Origin: Octopus vulgaris
Taxonomy: Eukaryota
Assembly (NCBI GenBank): GCA_951406725.2
Contig: OX597820.1
Coordinates: 55,986,001 to 56,050,000 of the forward strand
Direction: 5' to 3'
Length of the DNA: 64,000 nucleotides
Under the pieces are notes generated by a model. It was not told where the DNA came from, searched no databases, and saw only the letters and a program-made list of their open reading frames with translations. Shown here one piece after another: positions 53,659-64,000 of this stretch (position 1 is its first letter; every line of letters starts with the position of its first letter). The position numbers and the translations under genes are program-made.

Positions 53659-54089
53659 TCCTATCACCTACACCATTAGCTGGCATATACAGGTGCTTAC
53701 AGTTATCAAGTATTCACCCTGAATTTTTTGTACTTACATATATTTATATATATATAATGACAGGCTTCTTTAAATTTCCATCTACCAAATCCTCTAACAA
53801 GGCTTTGGTTGGCCTGAAGCTGTAGTAGAAGGTACTTGTCCAAGGTGCCACACAATGGAACTGAAACCAGAACCATGTGGCTGGAAAGAAAGCTTATGTT
53901 TATTCTTAGATAAGAATGTTGTTGACAGTGACTTCAAAGCATCGGACAGTCCAACAATGGAATTACAAGCTGAAACTGTGATGTCACTGTCGAAAAAACA
54001 TTCTTGTTTAAGAATAAACCTGTACTCTACAAAAGTTTGGAGTAATTTCTCAAATTAACATAAAATTGCTTTTATTATAGCTAAATATT

Positions 54090-54560
54090 AAGGTGGCAAA
54101 CTGGCAGAATTGTTAGCACACTGGATGAAATGCTTAGTGGTATTTTACCGGCTGCTATGTTCTGAGTTCAGAAAAGGTGACGAGCTGGCAGAAACGTGAG
54201 CACGCCGAGCGAAATGCGTAGCCGTATTTCATCTGCCGTTACATTCTGGGTTCAAATTCCGCTGAGGTCGACTTTGCCTTTCATCCTTTCGGGGTTGATA
54301 AATTAAGTACCAGTTATGCACTGGGGTCGATATAATCGACTTAATCCGTTTGTCTGTCCTTGTTTGTCCCCTCTGTGTTTAGCCCCTTGAGGGTAGTAAA
54401 GAAATATATGTTCTGAGTTCAGATTCTGCTGAGGTCGACTTTGCCTTTAATCCTTTCGGCGTCGATAAATTGAGTACTAGTGAAACACTGGGGTCGATGT
54501 AATCGGCTAGGCCCCTCCAAACAAATTTCAGGCCTTGTGCCTTTAGCAGAAAGGATTACA
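54090..54560 (+). mobile_element. SINE family B with nested family B SINE (54173-54406)
   Basis: Perfect 17-bp TSD TATGTTCTGAGTTCAGA at 54156-54172 and 54407-54423. Confidence 0.9.
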
Positions 54561-54585
54561 ACTAAATGTAAAAACAAATATTACC

Positions 54586-54627
<42 letters not shown>

Positions 54628-55052
54628 TGGTAGAAGCATCTGTATGGCCCATTAAAGAATGAGATAGTGGAGAAAATTTCAAGACACAAAACATGTATAA
54701 AGTACTGTTGAATACCAGCTGTTGTCCACACACTAAATTCAACACTGCTGCTCTGTAATCCTGGGTGTAGTGCTTTTGTATGTGCAATATGCATATGAAT
54801 GTGCATGCACTTGAGTGTGGTGGGAGTAAGAAAGGTGGGGGTGGAAGTAGGTGTAAAATAATGATTTTCAGGTTTAGTAAATATTTAAATATTTTATGTA
54901 TCAAACATAAAACAGAGCTAAGTTCAAGAGTGAAGTGCACTTTTATGGTACTGGCAGCGTTTTGCTTTGCAATACATTTTGATATATAAAGCAATGTAAT
55001 GAACATTATTCTTCAAGAAAGAGAATATGATATAGCTATATCTATATATAGC

Positions 55053-55173
<121 letters not shown>

Positions 55174-55401
55174 TACACACACACAACACATCCATACAAA
55201 CACACAAGCACGTGCATATATATATTTTGCCACTTCAAGTTTTTGTAAAGTTATAGAGGCGCCATTCTGACATATGGTGTCTTGGGCATTACTCAGACAT
55301 TGTGAATTTGAACTTAGAGTGCAAATACCTGGAACAATTACCGCACAGCATTTAATTCAATGCTCTACTGACTACCAACTTTTCAATATAAACACACACA
55401 C

Positions 55402-55442
<41 letters not shown>

Positions 55443-56213
55443 CATACATATATATATTTATTTAAATATATGCGTGAGTATATATGTATATATACACATA
55501 CACATATATTTATATATATATAGGCACACACACATACATACACACACAAACATACATATATGTACATATATATATATGCATATATACACATACACACACA
55601 TACACACAAGCTAACAGTTATATGTCAAGTGTAAAAAGTATAGATAATATAAGTGCATATTTTATTAATTTTCTTTTTAATGTATGCCTGGACTAGTTTC
55701 AGTTAATGACTGTGATCATGCTATGTGTATATATGTATGTATACACACACAAACATATTTCTTTTATTTCTTTTATTTCTTTTAGTCATATGACTGTGAC
55801 CACGCTGGAGCACCACCTTTAGTCAGACAAATTGACCCAAGAACTTATTCTTTATAAGCCTAGTACGTTTTTGCTGAAACGCTAAGCAATGGAGACGTAA
55901 ACCCACAAATATTGGTTGGCAAGCGATGGTGGCAGGACAAACACAGACACACAAATACATACATAGATACACACACACACTCCTGTGCATTCACACATAC
56001 ACACACAACATCATATTTTTCTTCAGGATTCACCAAATCCCAGGTTTTTCTCAATTCTAAAATGTAATCATCTCCTATTTCTGGTTCAATGTCTTTTTCC
56101 AATTTCTTCTTTTGTCCATCAGTTTCTAGTTTTTGCCTTTTCTGAGGAACAGTTTCAGGGATATGATCTGGTCTTTCCTTATCATCTCTCTTGTTTGGCA
56201 CTGCAGCTCTTAA

Positions 56214-56419
56214 CCCTGTCGTTATTGTATTTATTTTGAGATGCTCTGTGTTTCTTTCAATTACTTTAAATATAACAAAGAATTTAAATAAAGTGACTTA
56301 GTTATCATTAAGCTAGTGTTAGGAACATAAATTGTGACCAAGATTTGGTGGAAGATTTTAATTGAAAACTTATGAAAACAAGACATTTGTATTCAGAACC
56401 AGAGCCGGTTTCAGCCGGG
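56214..56419. mobile_element. piggyBac-type MITE family 2 inserted in the NOG1 pseudogene
   Basis: TTAA at 56210-56213 and 56420-56423. Reverse complement of 28258-28476 with one end shortened. Confidence 0.85.
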
Positions 56420-56787
56420 TTAATCATGTTAATATGTTATCTTTCTTCTGACGAATCTTTGTTTCCACTTGATTGGCTGACAGATGATCACAAGCATAAT
56501 TTTTGACATTCATGATTCTTTCTTCAGTGAGTGTACTGATACACATAATTAGAATATTTCCCTCTTTTCTTGATGGATGCTTGTGTAGTTTTTGGTAGAT
56601 TTTCAAATTTCAGAACATCTATTTTGTTGATGCAAACTAAGATAGGTATATATAAAAGTTTAATGCTTTCAAATAAGGCAATCTGTTCATCAGTTGTTTG
56701 GTTACATTGTTCAGAGATACCCATAATATACAGTACTGCATCTTTTAAATGAGCCAATGCTGTAATGGCCTGCATTTCAATACTGTT

Positions 56788-57021
56788 TCTTATTTCTTTA
56801 CTACCCACAAGGGGCTATAAACAGAGGGGACAAACAAGGACAAACAAACGGATTAAGTCGATTACATTGACCCCAGTACATAACTGGTACTTATTTAATC
56901 AACTCCGAAAGGATGAAAGGCAAAGTTGACCTCGGTGGAATTTGAACTCAGAACGTAGCAGCAGAAGAAATACCGCCAAGCATTTCACCTGGCGTGCTCG
57001 CATTTCTGCCAGCTCGCCGCC
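56788..57021 (-). mobile_element. SINE family B inserted in the NOG1 pseudogene
   Basis: TSD TCAATA(C/G)TGTT at 56777-56787 and 57022-57032. Confidence 0.88.
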
Positions 57022-57559
57022 TCAATAGTGTTGCTATTTTCTAAAGGATAATCCCAAAATACCTAGAATGTCAACAGCCTGCCAACATAGATACTAATGA
57101 TCAGTGTGTCCAACAAACAACGATTTAGTTGTGAAAGCATAAGGCTGCACTTCAACATCGGCTCATGTAATCTTATTAATAAAACTTGATTTTCCAACAC
57201 TAGGGAATCCACAGACAAGAAGAGTTCAGGTATTAGGATCAATGGATGGCAAACAAAATAAATGTTGTCTAATTTACTCCAGATATTCCAAGCTCTGTTT
57301 CTGACATCTCAAAATGGTCACCATTCTTCCTAGTGCTACTTTTTTCAACTGTTTGCTTCGATAAAATGAATCAGCATATTTCAGAAGTCAAACATAATCC
57401 TTTCAAACATTGTCAATTAGAAGTCGAGCTGTGTTTATTTGTCCCAGAGCAAGTCTGTAATGGTCCCAGTCATACAGAACATTCATCAAAACTGCATAAA
57501 ATGAGTGAACATAACCAACTTCGGAAAGTCATTTATCATTTGTGTTAACTTACAATGAA

Positions 57560-57892
57560 GGCACATGGTTCAGTGGTTAGAGCACTGATCTTACGACTGT
57601 GAGGTTGTGAGTTCGAATCCAGGATCGGGCTGTGTTGTGTTCTTGAGCAAGACACTTTATTTCACATTGCTCCAGTTCACTCAGCTGTAGAAATGAGTTG
57701 CGACGTCACAGGTGCCAAGCTGTATAGGCCCCTTTGCCTTTCCTTTGGATAACTTGTGGAGAGGGGAGGCCAGTATGCATGGGCAACTGCTGGTCTTCCA
57801 TAAACAACCTTGCCTGAACTTGTGCCTTGGAGGGTAACTTTCAAGGTGCAATCCCATGGTCATTCATGACCGAAGGGGGTCTCTGCTCCGCG
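57560..57892 (+). mobile_element. SINE family C inserted in the NOG1 pseudogene
   Basis: Perfect 12-bp TSD ACTTACAATGAA at 57548-57559 and 57893-57904. Confidence 0.9.
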
Positions 57893-58084
57893 ACTTACAA
57901 TGAATATTCTATTGTGTGAATTTCACTTTGTGTATATAAAACTGCCAGATCCTTGAAATCTTATAATATTTGTGAATAACTGTCGGGGTCTTATGCTGTA
58001 TCTTTGACAATAAAATCTTGTGAAGGTGGCACAACAGTGATCTTTTTGAAGTTATAATGCAGTGTTACTGTAATCTGAACTCCA

Positions 58085-58770
58085 GATCACATGGACTACA
58101 AGCTTCAATGAGATCGAAACTGGAAGTAGGCCTCATGGACACCAAAAACTTAATTTTCATGATCATCTCAAGCAGTCTCTTAATCGGTTGGAGCCAATGG
58201 CTGTTAAATGAAAGACAAGGAGGACCATGTCTGACACTAGAGCAGGGTGGTTTGAAACTAAACGCAAGTGACTGCATAAAGACAGAAGGAGAGATCATCA
58301 TCAATCCACTGCAGCTGTTGTTTAGTGTCCCTTTCGGTGCCCCTAGTGCCACAGGACGATCTGCCTATCTCGTATTGGTCTTGTCAGCCATGTCTGCTCC
58401 CATGAAAAACAATGTGCTGGATCAGGAGGAGGATGAGGATGAATGTCCTGGATCATTGCTGTCATCACCTTTGATTGCTGTCATAAGCAAAAATAGTAGA
58501 ATAAGCAGTGTATGTTGTCACTGGAGATCCAACCACCCTTTGTCCCACTACCCTCTCACCTGTTCTTTATTTTTGTAGGTTTTTAGGTATTCAACGATAT
58601 GTGGTAAGATGTCGGGTTATTGGAACACCACTGGAAACTAGGAGGGTACTAATTCTAAACAAGAAACCGACTTGGATTGTGACAACCCATCCAAGGACCA
58701 GCATAAAATAGCTAATGCAAAATGAAGCAGATGATGATGATGAAACAGATGATGATGATTATGATGATGT
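58085..58770 (+). mobile_element. RTE-clade LINE 3' end with C-terminal zinc-finger remnant
   Basis: EIETGSRPHGHQKLNFHDHLKQSL and FRCP*CHRTICLSRIGLVSHVCSH (58332-58403, CxxC..SRIGLxSH motif), then a (GAT)n tail. Confidence 0.72.
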
Positions 58771-59991
58771 ATGTTCCCATTTACACTGATTTCAAAACTG
58801 GTGTTGTTTATGTTTTATTCTTTTATATCTTGTAACCTAAGTAGCGCAAGATACACTTGAAAGTGATTCCAGTTTGAGGACCTTCAACATGGAAAATACA
58901 GAAGCTTGGTGCCAGTCTTTCCAAGACCACCTAGATATAAATTGTGACATAGCTTTCTCTTCATTACTTAAGGGTGTATACTCTTGAAGTGTTTAATTTC
59001 TTTGAATAGTTGTAGCTACTGCATGGTGTCAGTTTTCTTTGTGTAAGGCTGTTGGAAAGCTATCAGTTAAGTTGTGAGCTTGGACCTATGAGAGAGTCAG
59101 TGTGGGAAATAATAATCCAGATGATTAAGAACAAGTATCTTTACTTACAAAGCTTAATATGAGTTCTTGTTTTCCAGTCTTAAGTCATCTCAAAATCTAT
59201 GGGTGTGTGGTTCAGATGTTTATTCAAATCGTATGGTTCTGAGCTCTGTCTGACCCATGCAAACATGAAAAAGTGGACATTAAAATGATGATGATGATGA
59301 CAATGATAATGATGTTCAACTGGTTGAACATAAGCCAATAGGGGAGACTTTCAATCTGAACAGATTGAAAAAGCAGCTAAATTTTATTCAAGTTAGATGC
59401 TGCCATTCTGGAGAAGGATACATTATACAATGTGGCTCTGGGAAAAGATGGAATGTTCATACTTGGAATACTTTTGACAATTCTTGATCACAGCTGATCC
59501 GGTGGTAAACAACAACAAATGTTTGTGCAGAAGCTTTAGTAAAGGGTAAAACCTCCTTCATTCATGAATAACCATGGGATTGAACCTAGAAAGTTCCCCT
59601 CTGTGGTACAAGTCTGTGCATGATTGTTTATGGAAGACCAGCAGTCGCCCATGCATATCAGCCTCTAATCTCCACAACACCGGTGTTATCCAAAGGAAAG
59701 GCAAAGGCTGATACAGCTTGGTACCAGTGACATTGCAACTTATTTATACAGCTGAGTGAACTGGAGCAATGTGAAATAAAGTGTCTTGCTCAAGAACATA
59801 ACACACAGCCTGGTCTGGGAATTGAACTCACTACCTCATGATTGTGAGCTCAATGCTTTTACCACTGAGCCATGCACTATGGAACTTTAGTAACCAGTAA
59901 AAAATGGAATAGAAATTGTTTGAGGCATGTATGTGTGAGTGCATATACATGCCTCAAAGGGTCATGTATGTGTGAGTGCATGTGTTTGTGT

Positions 59992-60037
<46 letters not shown>

Positions 60038-61060
60038 TAGGTCAGGTGACAAGGAAGTAAACTCAATCATAGTTTTAAGTTTAAACCTGTCAGTTCATCA
60101 GCCTAAATGAGCTGACTCAACATATAGAAAGAAAGAAGCATTTTAGTCATGACAAATCTTACTCCACCTTAAATATTTCAATGTTTAAAAGGAACATCTG
60201 GGGTTCACTGCACATCAACTGACATCTTAATTGTCCTCCTGTATGACTGATAAATGTGGTAGTATTGGTAGAAGTGGATAGTGGTTGCAGAGAAAGTAGT
60301 GGCAGTGGTTGAGAGAAGAGTAATCTGATGAAAAATTTCAATTATATGTCACAGCTATGGTTTATGAGAATGAGAAAATTTCATATAAAGAAATATTACA
60401 AGTCACACGTAAGTGTACACACATGCACACACACACATGCATACATACATATATACATACATATATACATACACACATACATACATACATATTCTTTTAC
60501 GCTTTTCCACGTTTCTGGTGCAGCCTTCCAGCTTACCAGCCCTGGTCAAACCATCCAACCCATGCCAGAATAGACAACAGATGTTAAATGATGATGATGA
60601 TATACATACATACATACATATATATACATAATGGTTGTGTGGTTAAAAAGCTTACTTTGGAACATACACGGTACATGGTCTCTCAGTGTGACACTTTGGG
60701 CAAGTATGTCCTATTATAGCCCAGGGCAACGAATGCTTGTTAGTGGATTTGGTATTTAGAAACTATGTGGAATCTGTCTTGTATGTGTGTATGTGTGTAC
60801 ACGTGACTTTGTGTTTGTCCCCATCCTCAAGCCAACTGGTATGGATTTGTGTATATCCCTGTAAATTAGCAGTTCAGCAAAAGAAACTGATAACCTAAGT
60901 ATTAGATTTAAAATAGGACAGGGGCCAATTTGTTCAACTAAATACAAGTTGGTACCCAAACATGACCACAGTTCTATGACAGAAATAAGTAAAGGATGAA
61001 AGATACAATGATACATACAATGTATATCATATACATGTGTACAGAATATGTATATATATA

Positions 61061-61097
<37 letters not shown>

Positions 61098-61126
61098 GTA
61101 TACGTATGTATGTATATATATATTCT

Positions 61127-61331
61127 ATTTTACTCTTTTACTTGTTTCAGTCATTTGACTGTGGCCATGCTGGAGCACCGCATTTAGTTGAGCAAATTGA
61201 CCCCAGGACTTATTCTTTGGAAGCCTAGTATTTATTCTGTCACTTCTGCCAAACTGCTAAGTTACAGGGTTGTAAATACACAGGGTTGTAAACACACCAG
61301 CATCGGTTGTCATGCGATGTTGGGGGAACAA

Positions 61332-61366
<35 letters not shown>

Positions 61367-61543
61367 CATATACACATATACAACGAGCTTCTTTTAGTTT
61401 CCGTCTACCAAATTCACTCACAAGGCTTTGGTTGGCTCAAGGCTATAGTAGAAGACACTTGCCCAAGGAGCCATGGAGTGGGACTGAACCCGGAACCATG
61501 TGGTTGGTAAGCAATCTACTTACCACACAGCCACTCCTGCGCC
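61127..61543 (-). mobile_element. SINE family A, full length
   Basis: Reverse complement of 10104-10490. Other copies at 23531-23790(+), 33654-33998(-), 47855-48320(-), 48604-48950(+). Confidence 0.88.
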
Positions 61544-62182
61544 TCTACAAATATTCTATAATTATAAACATAATTATAATTAGGGGTCAGCTAATTGCTT
61601 AACCATGCACCGAATTTAGAAATAGGAGTTAAAATACCTTTTCTGCTACCATATATATATATATATTTTTATATATATATAGGTGTAGGCATGCATGTGT
61701 ACTAAAAAGTTTGCTTCCCAACCACATGGTTCTGGTTTCAGTCCCACTGTGTGGTACCTTGGGCAGGTGTCTTCTACTATAACATCAGGGTGACCAAAGT
61801 CTTGTGAGTGGATTTGGTAAATGGAAACTGAAAGAAGCCCGTTGTGTATATATTACAAAAGGATGTTTTATAATACTATTCCACATATACAAAAACAACT
61901 ATACCAACAATCCAACACACCTCTATCATCAGCTGGCCCATGGATATCATTTTGGTTTCGACACCTGGGTAGTACCATTCAATCTGATGGTGTTGACAGT
62001 ACTAAAATAAGTGTTGTTTTGGAACAAACATACCAAAGAATTAACAACTTTCAAACACATTTACAAACACATTGAACTACTTTAGAACGGTATTTAAATC
62101 ATTAAAAGTCATTGTGTTGGCAACTGACCAAGCAGGTTCAGTTGTTTACAGTACTTGCAGCTCTAGTGCCATCCTTGTGTGC

Positions 62183-62217
<35 letters not shown>

Positions 62218-62218
62218 A

Positions 62219-62378
62219 GGTGCAGGAGTGGCTGTGTGGTAAGTAGCTTGCTTACCAACTACATGGTTCTGGGTTCAGTATCACTGCATGACCCTTGGAC
62301 AAGTGTCTTCTACTATAGCCTTGGGCCAATCAAAGCCTTGTGAGTGGATTTGGAAGACGGAAATTGAAAGAAGCCTGT

Positions 62379-62429
<51 letters not shown>

Positions 62430-62634
62430 GTGAGTGTAAGTTTGTGTGTTGGTGTTTGTTCCCCCAATATTGCTTGACAACCGATATTGGTGTGTTTACA
62501 TCCCAATAACTTAGCAGTTTGGCAAAGAGACTGATAGCATAAGTACTAGACTTACAAAGAATAATCCCTGGGGTCAATTTACTTGACTAAAGGCGGTGCT
62601 CCATCAGTAAAATGACTGACACAAGTATAAGAGT
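62219..62634 (+). mobile_element. SINE family A, full length
   Basis: Matches 10104-10490 including the internal (TA)n tract. Confidence 0.88.
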
Positions 62635-62636
62635 AA

Positions 62637-62673
<37 letters not shown>

Positions 62674-63122
62674 TACATATATGTGTGTGTGTGTCTTTGT
62701 GTCTATGTTTGTCCCCCCATCATTGCTTGACAACAACTGATGTTAGTGAGTTTACGTCGCCTGTAACTTAGCAGTTTGGAAAAAGAAACTGATAGAATAA
62801 GTATTAGGCTTACAGAGAACAAGTCCTAAGGTTGAATTCTTTGACTTAAAACCCTTTTAAGGCGGTCAAACGACAAACATGTAAAAGAATAAAAGAATAT
62901 GTCTATGTATGTATGTATTCATATGTGTATACACATACATATATTTATGAAATATGCATGTAATATCTGATATATATGTATGAGATATAATTTTATATAC
63001 ACATAATGTACCAGATACTAAAAACTGACAAACACTATATGTTAAAGGAAGCATATCTTTACTCCTACCATCAATATCATCCCTGTCTGGTGGTGGTACT
63101 ACTTCCACTGCTGTTACTGTTG

Positions 63123-63162
<40 letters not shown>

Positions 63163-63840
63163 ACTTACTGAGAAAACACCCATTAACTGTTAATTTAACA
63201 CTGAGCTGTGAACAAACAGCATGGCTTCCGTTTCTCTGAATATCTCTCACAGGGTGACAAGAAGCTCACTTAAACTAACTGAATGCACTTGTCTCTGCAT
63301 ATTTATTGTGTCTTGTCTCTATTGAACTACTTTAGAGCTGTATTTAAATCATTAAAAGTCATTGTGTTTGCAACTGACCAAGCAGGTTCATTTGTTTTCA
63401 TACATACATACATGCATACATACATATATATTGAGGTCTTTGTCATATGTTTGCTTTATATGTTAACTGATAAATCAATGAATTAACTAAGACTATTTTA
63501 CTTTGACTTGTATAATTCTTTCTTTATGATTGATCCAAGATGTAAGAAAGTAGTGCAACAAAATATTCTCTTAAAAGTTTCTGAGAAAATGTTTTAAATT
63601 CCTGAGAATTTTTCTTTTCTGTTTTGGAAAGCAATTAAATAGTTTTAGGTGGAGTGTTATTGAAAAGCAAACTTTTGTATTAAAGAAACTGTATGTGTTT
63701 GAAAAAGTTAGTCATAGAGCATTGTATATGTATATCAGGGTATATGATGGAATTTGGACCTAAGAAGTCCTCTCATTTTTGAAATAATCAGTGCTACTTT
63801 AGCGTATAGTCTACCTAGCCATTTGCATTTTGTACTCTAT

Positions 63841-63979
63841 TCACTAGTGTAGCTGAAGGATGGGGGCAGTGGGAGCAGTGCTTTTGGATCTGCTGTAGAA
63901 AATATGCTTTTTGTGGGGTCTGAGGGTGGCAAACGGAAGGGCTGCCCCCAGGTGGCACACACTCTAGCTACACTAGTGA
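63841..63979. mobile_element. small MITE with 14-bp perfect TIRs
   Basis: TCACTAGTGTAGCT (63841-63854) / AGCTACACTAGTGA (63966-63979). TSD not clear. Confidence 0.65.
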
Positions 63980-64000
63980 CTATCCCTAAATCTTTACCAT

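Larger units (their letters stand above)
52468..53895 (-). mobile_element. SINE family A split by three nested fold-back elements
   Basis: 3' half at 52468-52680 and 5' half at 53757-53895. Confidence 0.75.
56007..58065 (-). pseudogene. GTPBP4: processed pseudogene of nucleolar GTP-binding protein 1 (NOG1/GTPBP4), 3'-truncated
   Basis: Collinear intronless pieces: [20 protein letters not shown] (ATG position reads ACA), [87 protein letters not shown]. Multiple stops and frameshifts, and three TE insertions. Confidence 0.93.

Noticed and set aside
58057-58578. 173-aa ORF as a host gene
   Set aside because: It is an alternative frame over an RTE LINE 3' end whose motifs lie in other frames.
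61920-61965. Minus-strand GAAAC...CAGCTGATGA as a hammerhead
   Set aside because: No convincing stem II or stem I pairing.

Overview
AT-rich, repeat-saturated eukaryotic DNA with no intact protein-coding gene that I can support. The SINE, LINE and microsatellite landscape looks like an octopod cephalopod (Octopus sp.); this is inferred from repeat style, not from a search. The window holds dozens of tRNA-derived SINEs (at least 3 families), RTE and CR1-type LINE 3' ends, decayed mariner, Tc1, hAT and CMC/Chapaev-like transposons, piggyBac-type and other MITEs, two Helitron-like elements, a 33-bp minisatellite with an 11-unit higher-order duplication, and an intronless NOG1/GTPBP4 processed pseudogene (56007-58065, minus). 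The most interesting signal is about 14 minimal type-I hammerhead ribozyme (HHR) motifs or remnants from several sequence families. They have palindromic stem III loops, often occur as inverted pairs, and mostly sit in (TA)n tracts, often the internal microsatellite of one SINE family. This fits non-autonomous Penelope-like or retrozyme-like elements. Some families carry non-canonical cores (CCGAYGA, CUGUAGA, and an A3-U8 covariant). All folding and alignment were done by eye, so coordinates may be off by a few bases.
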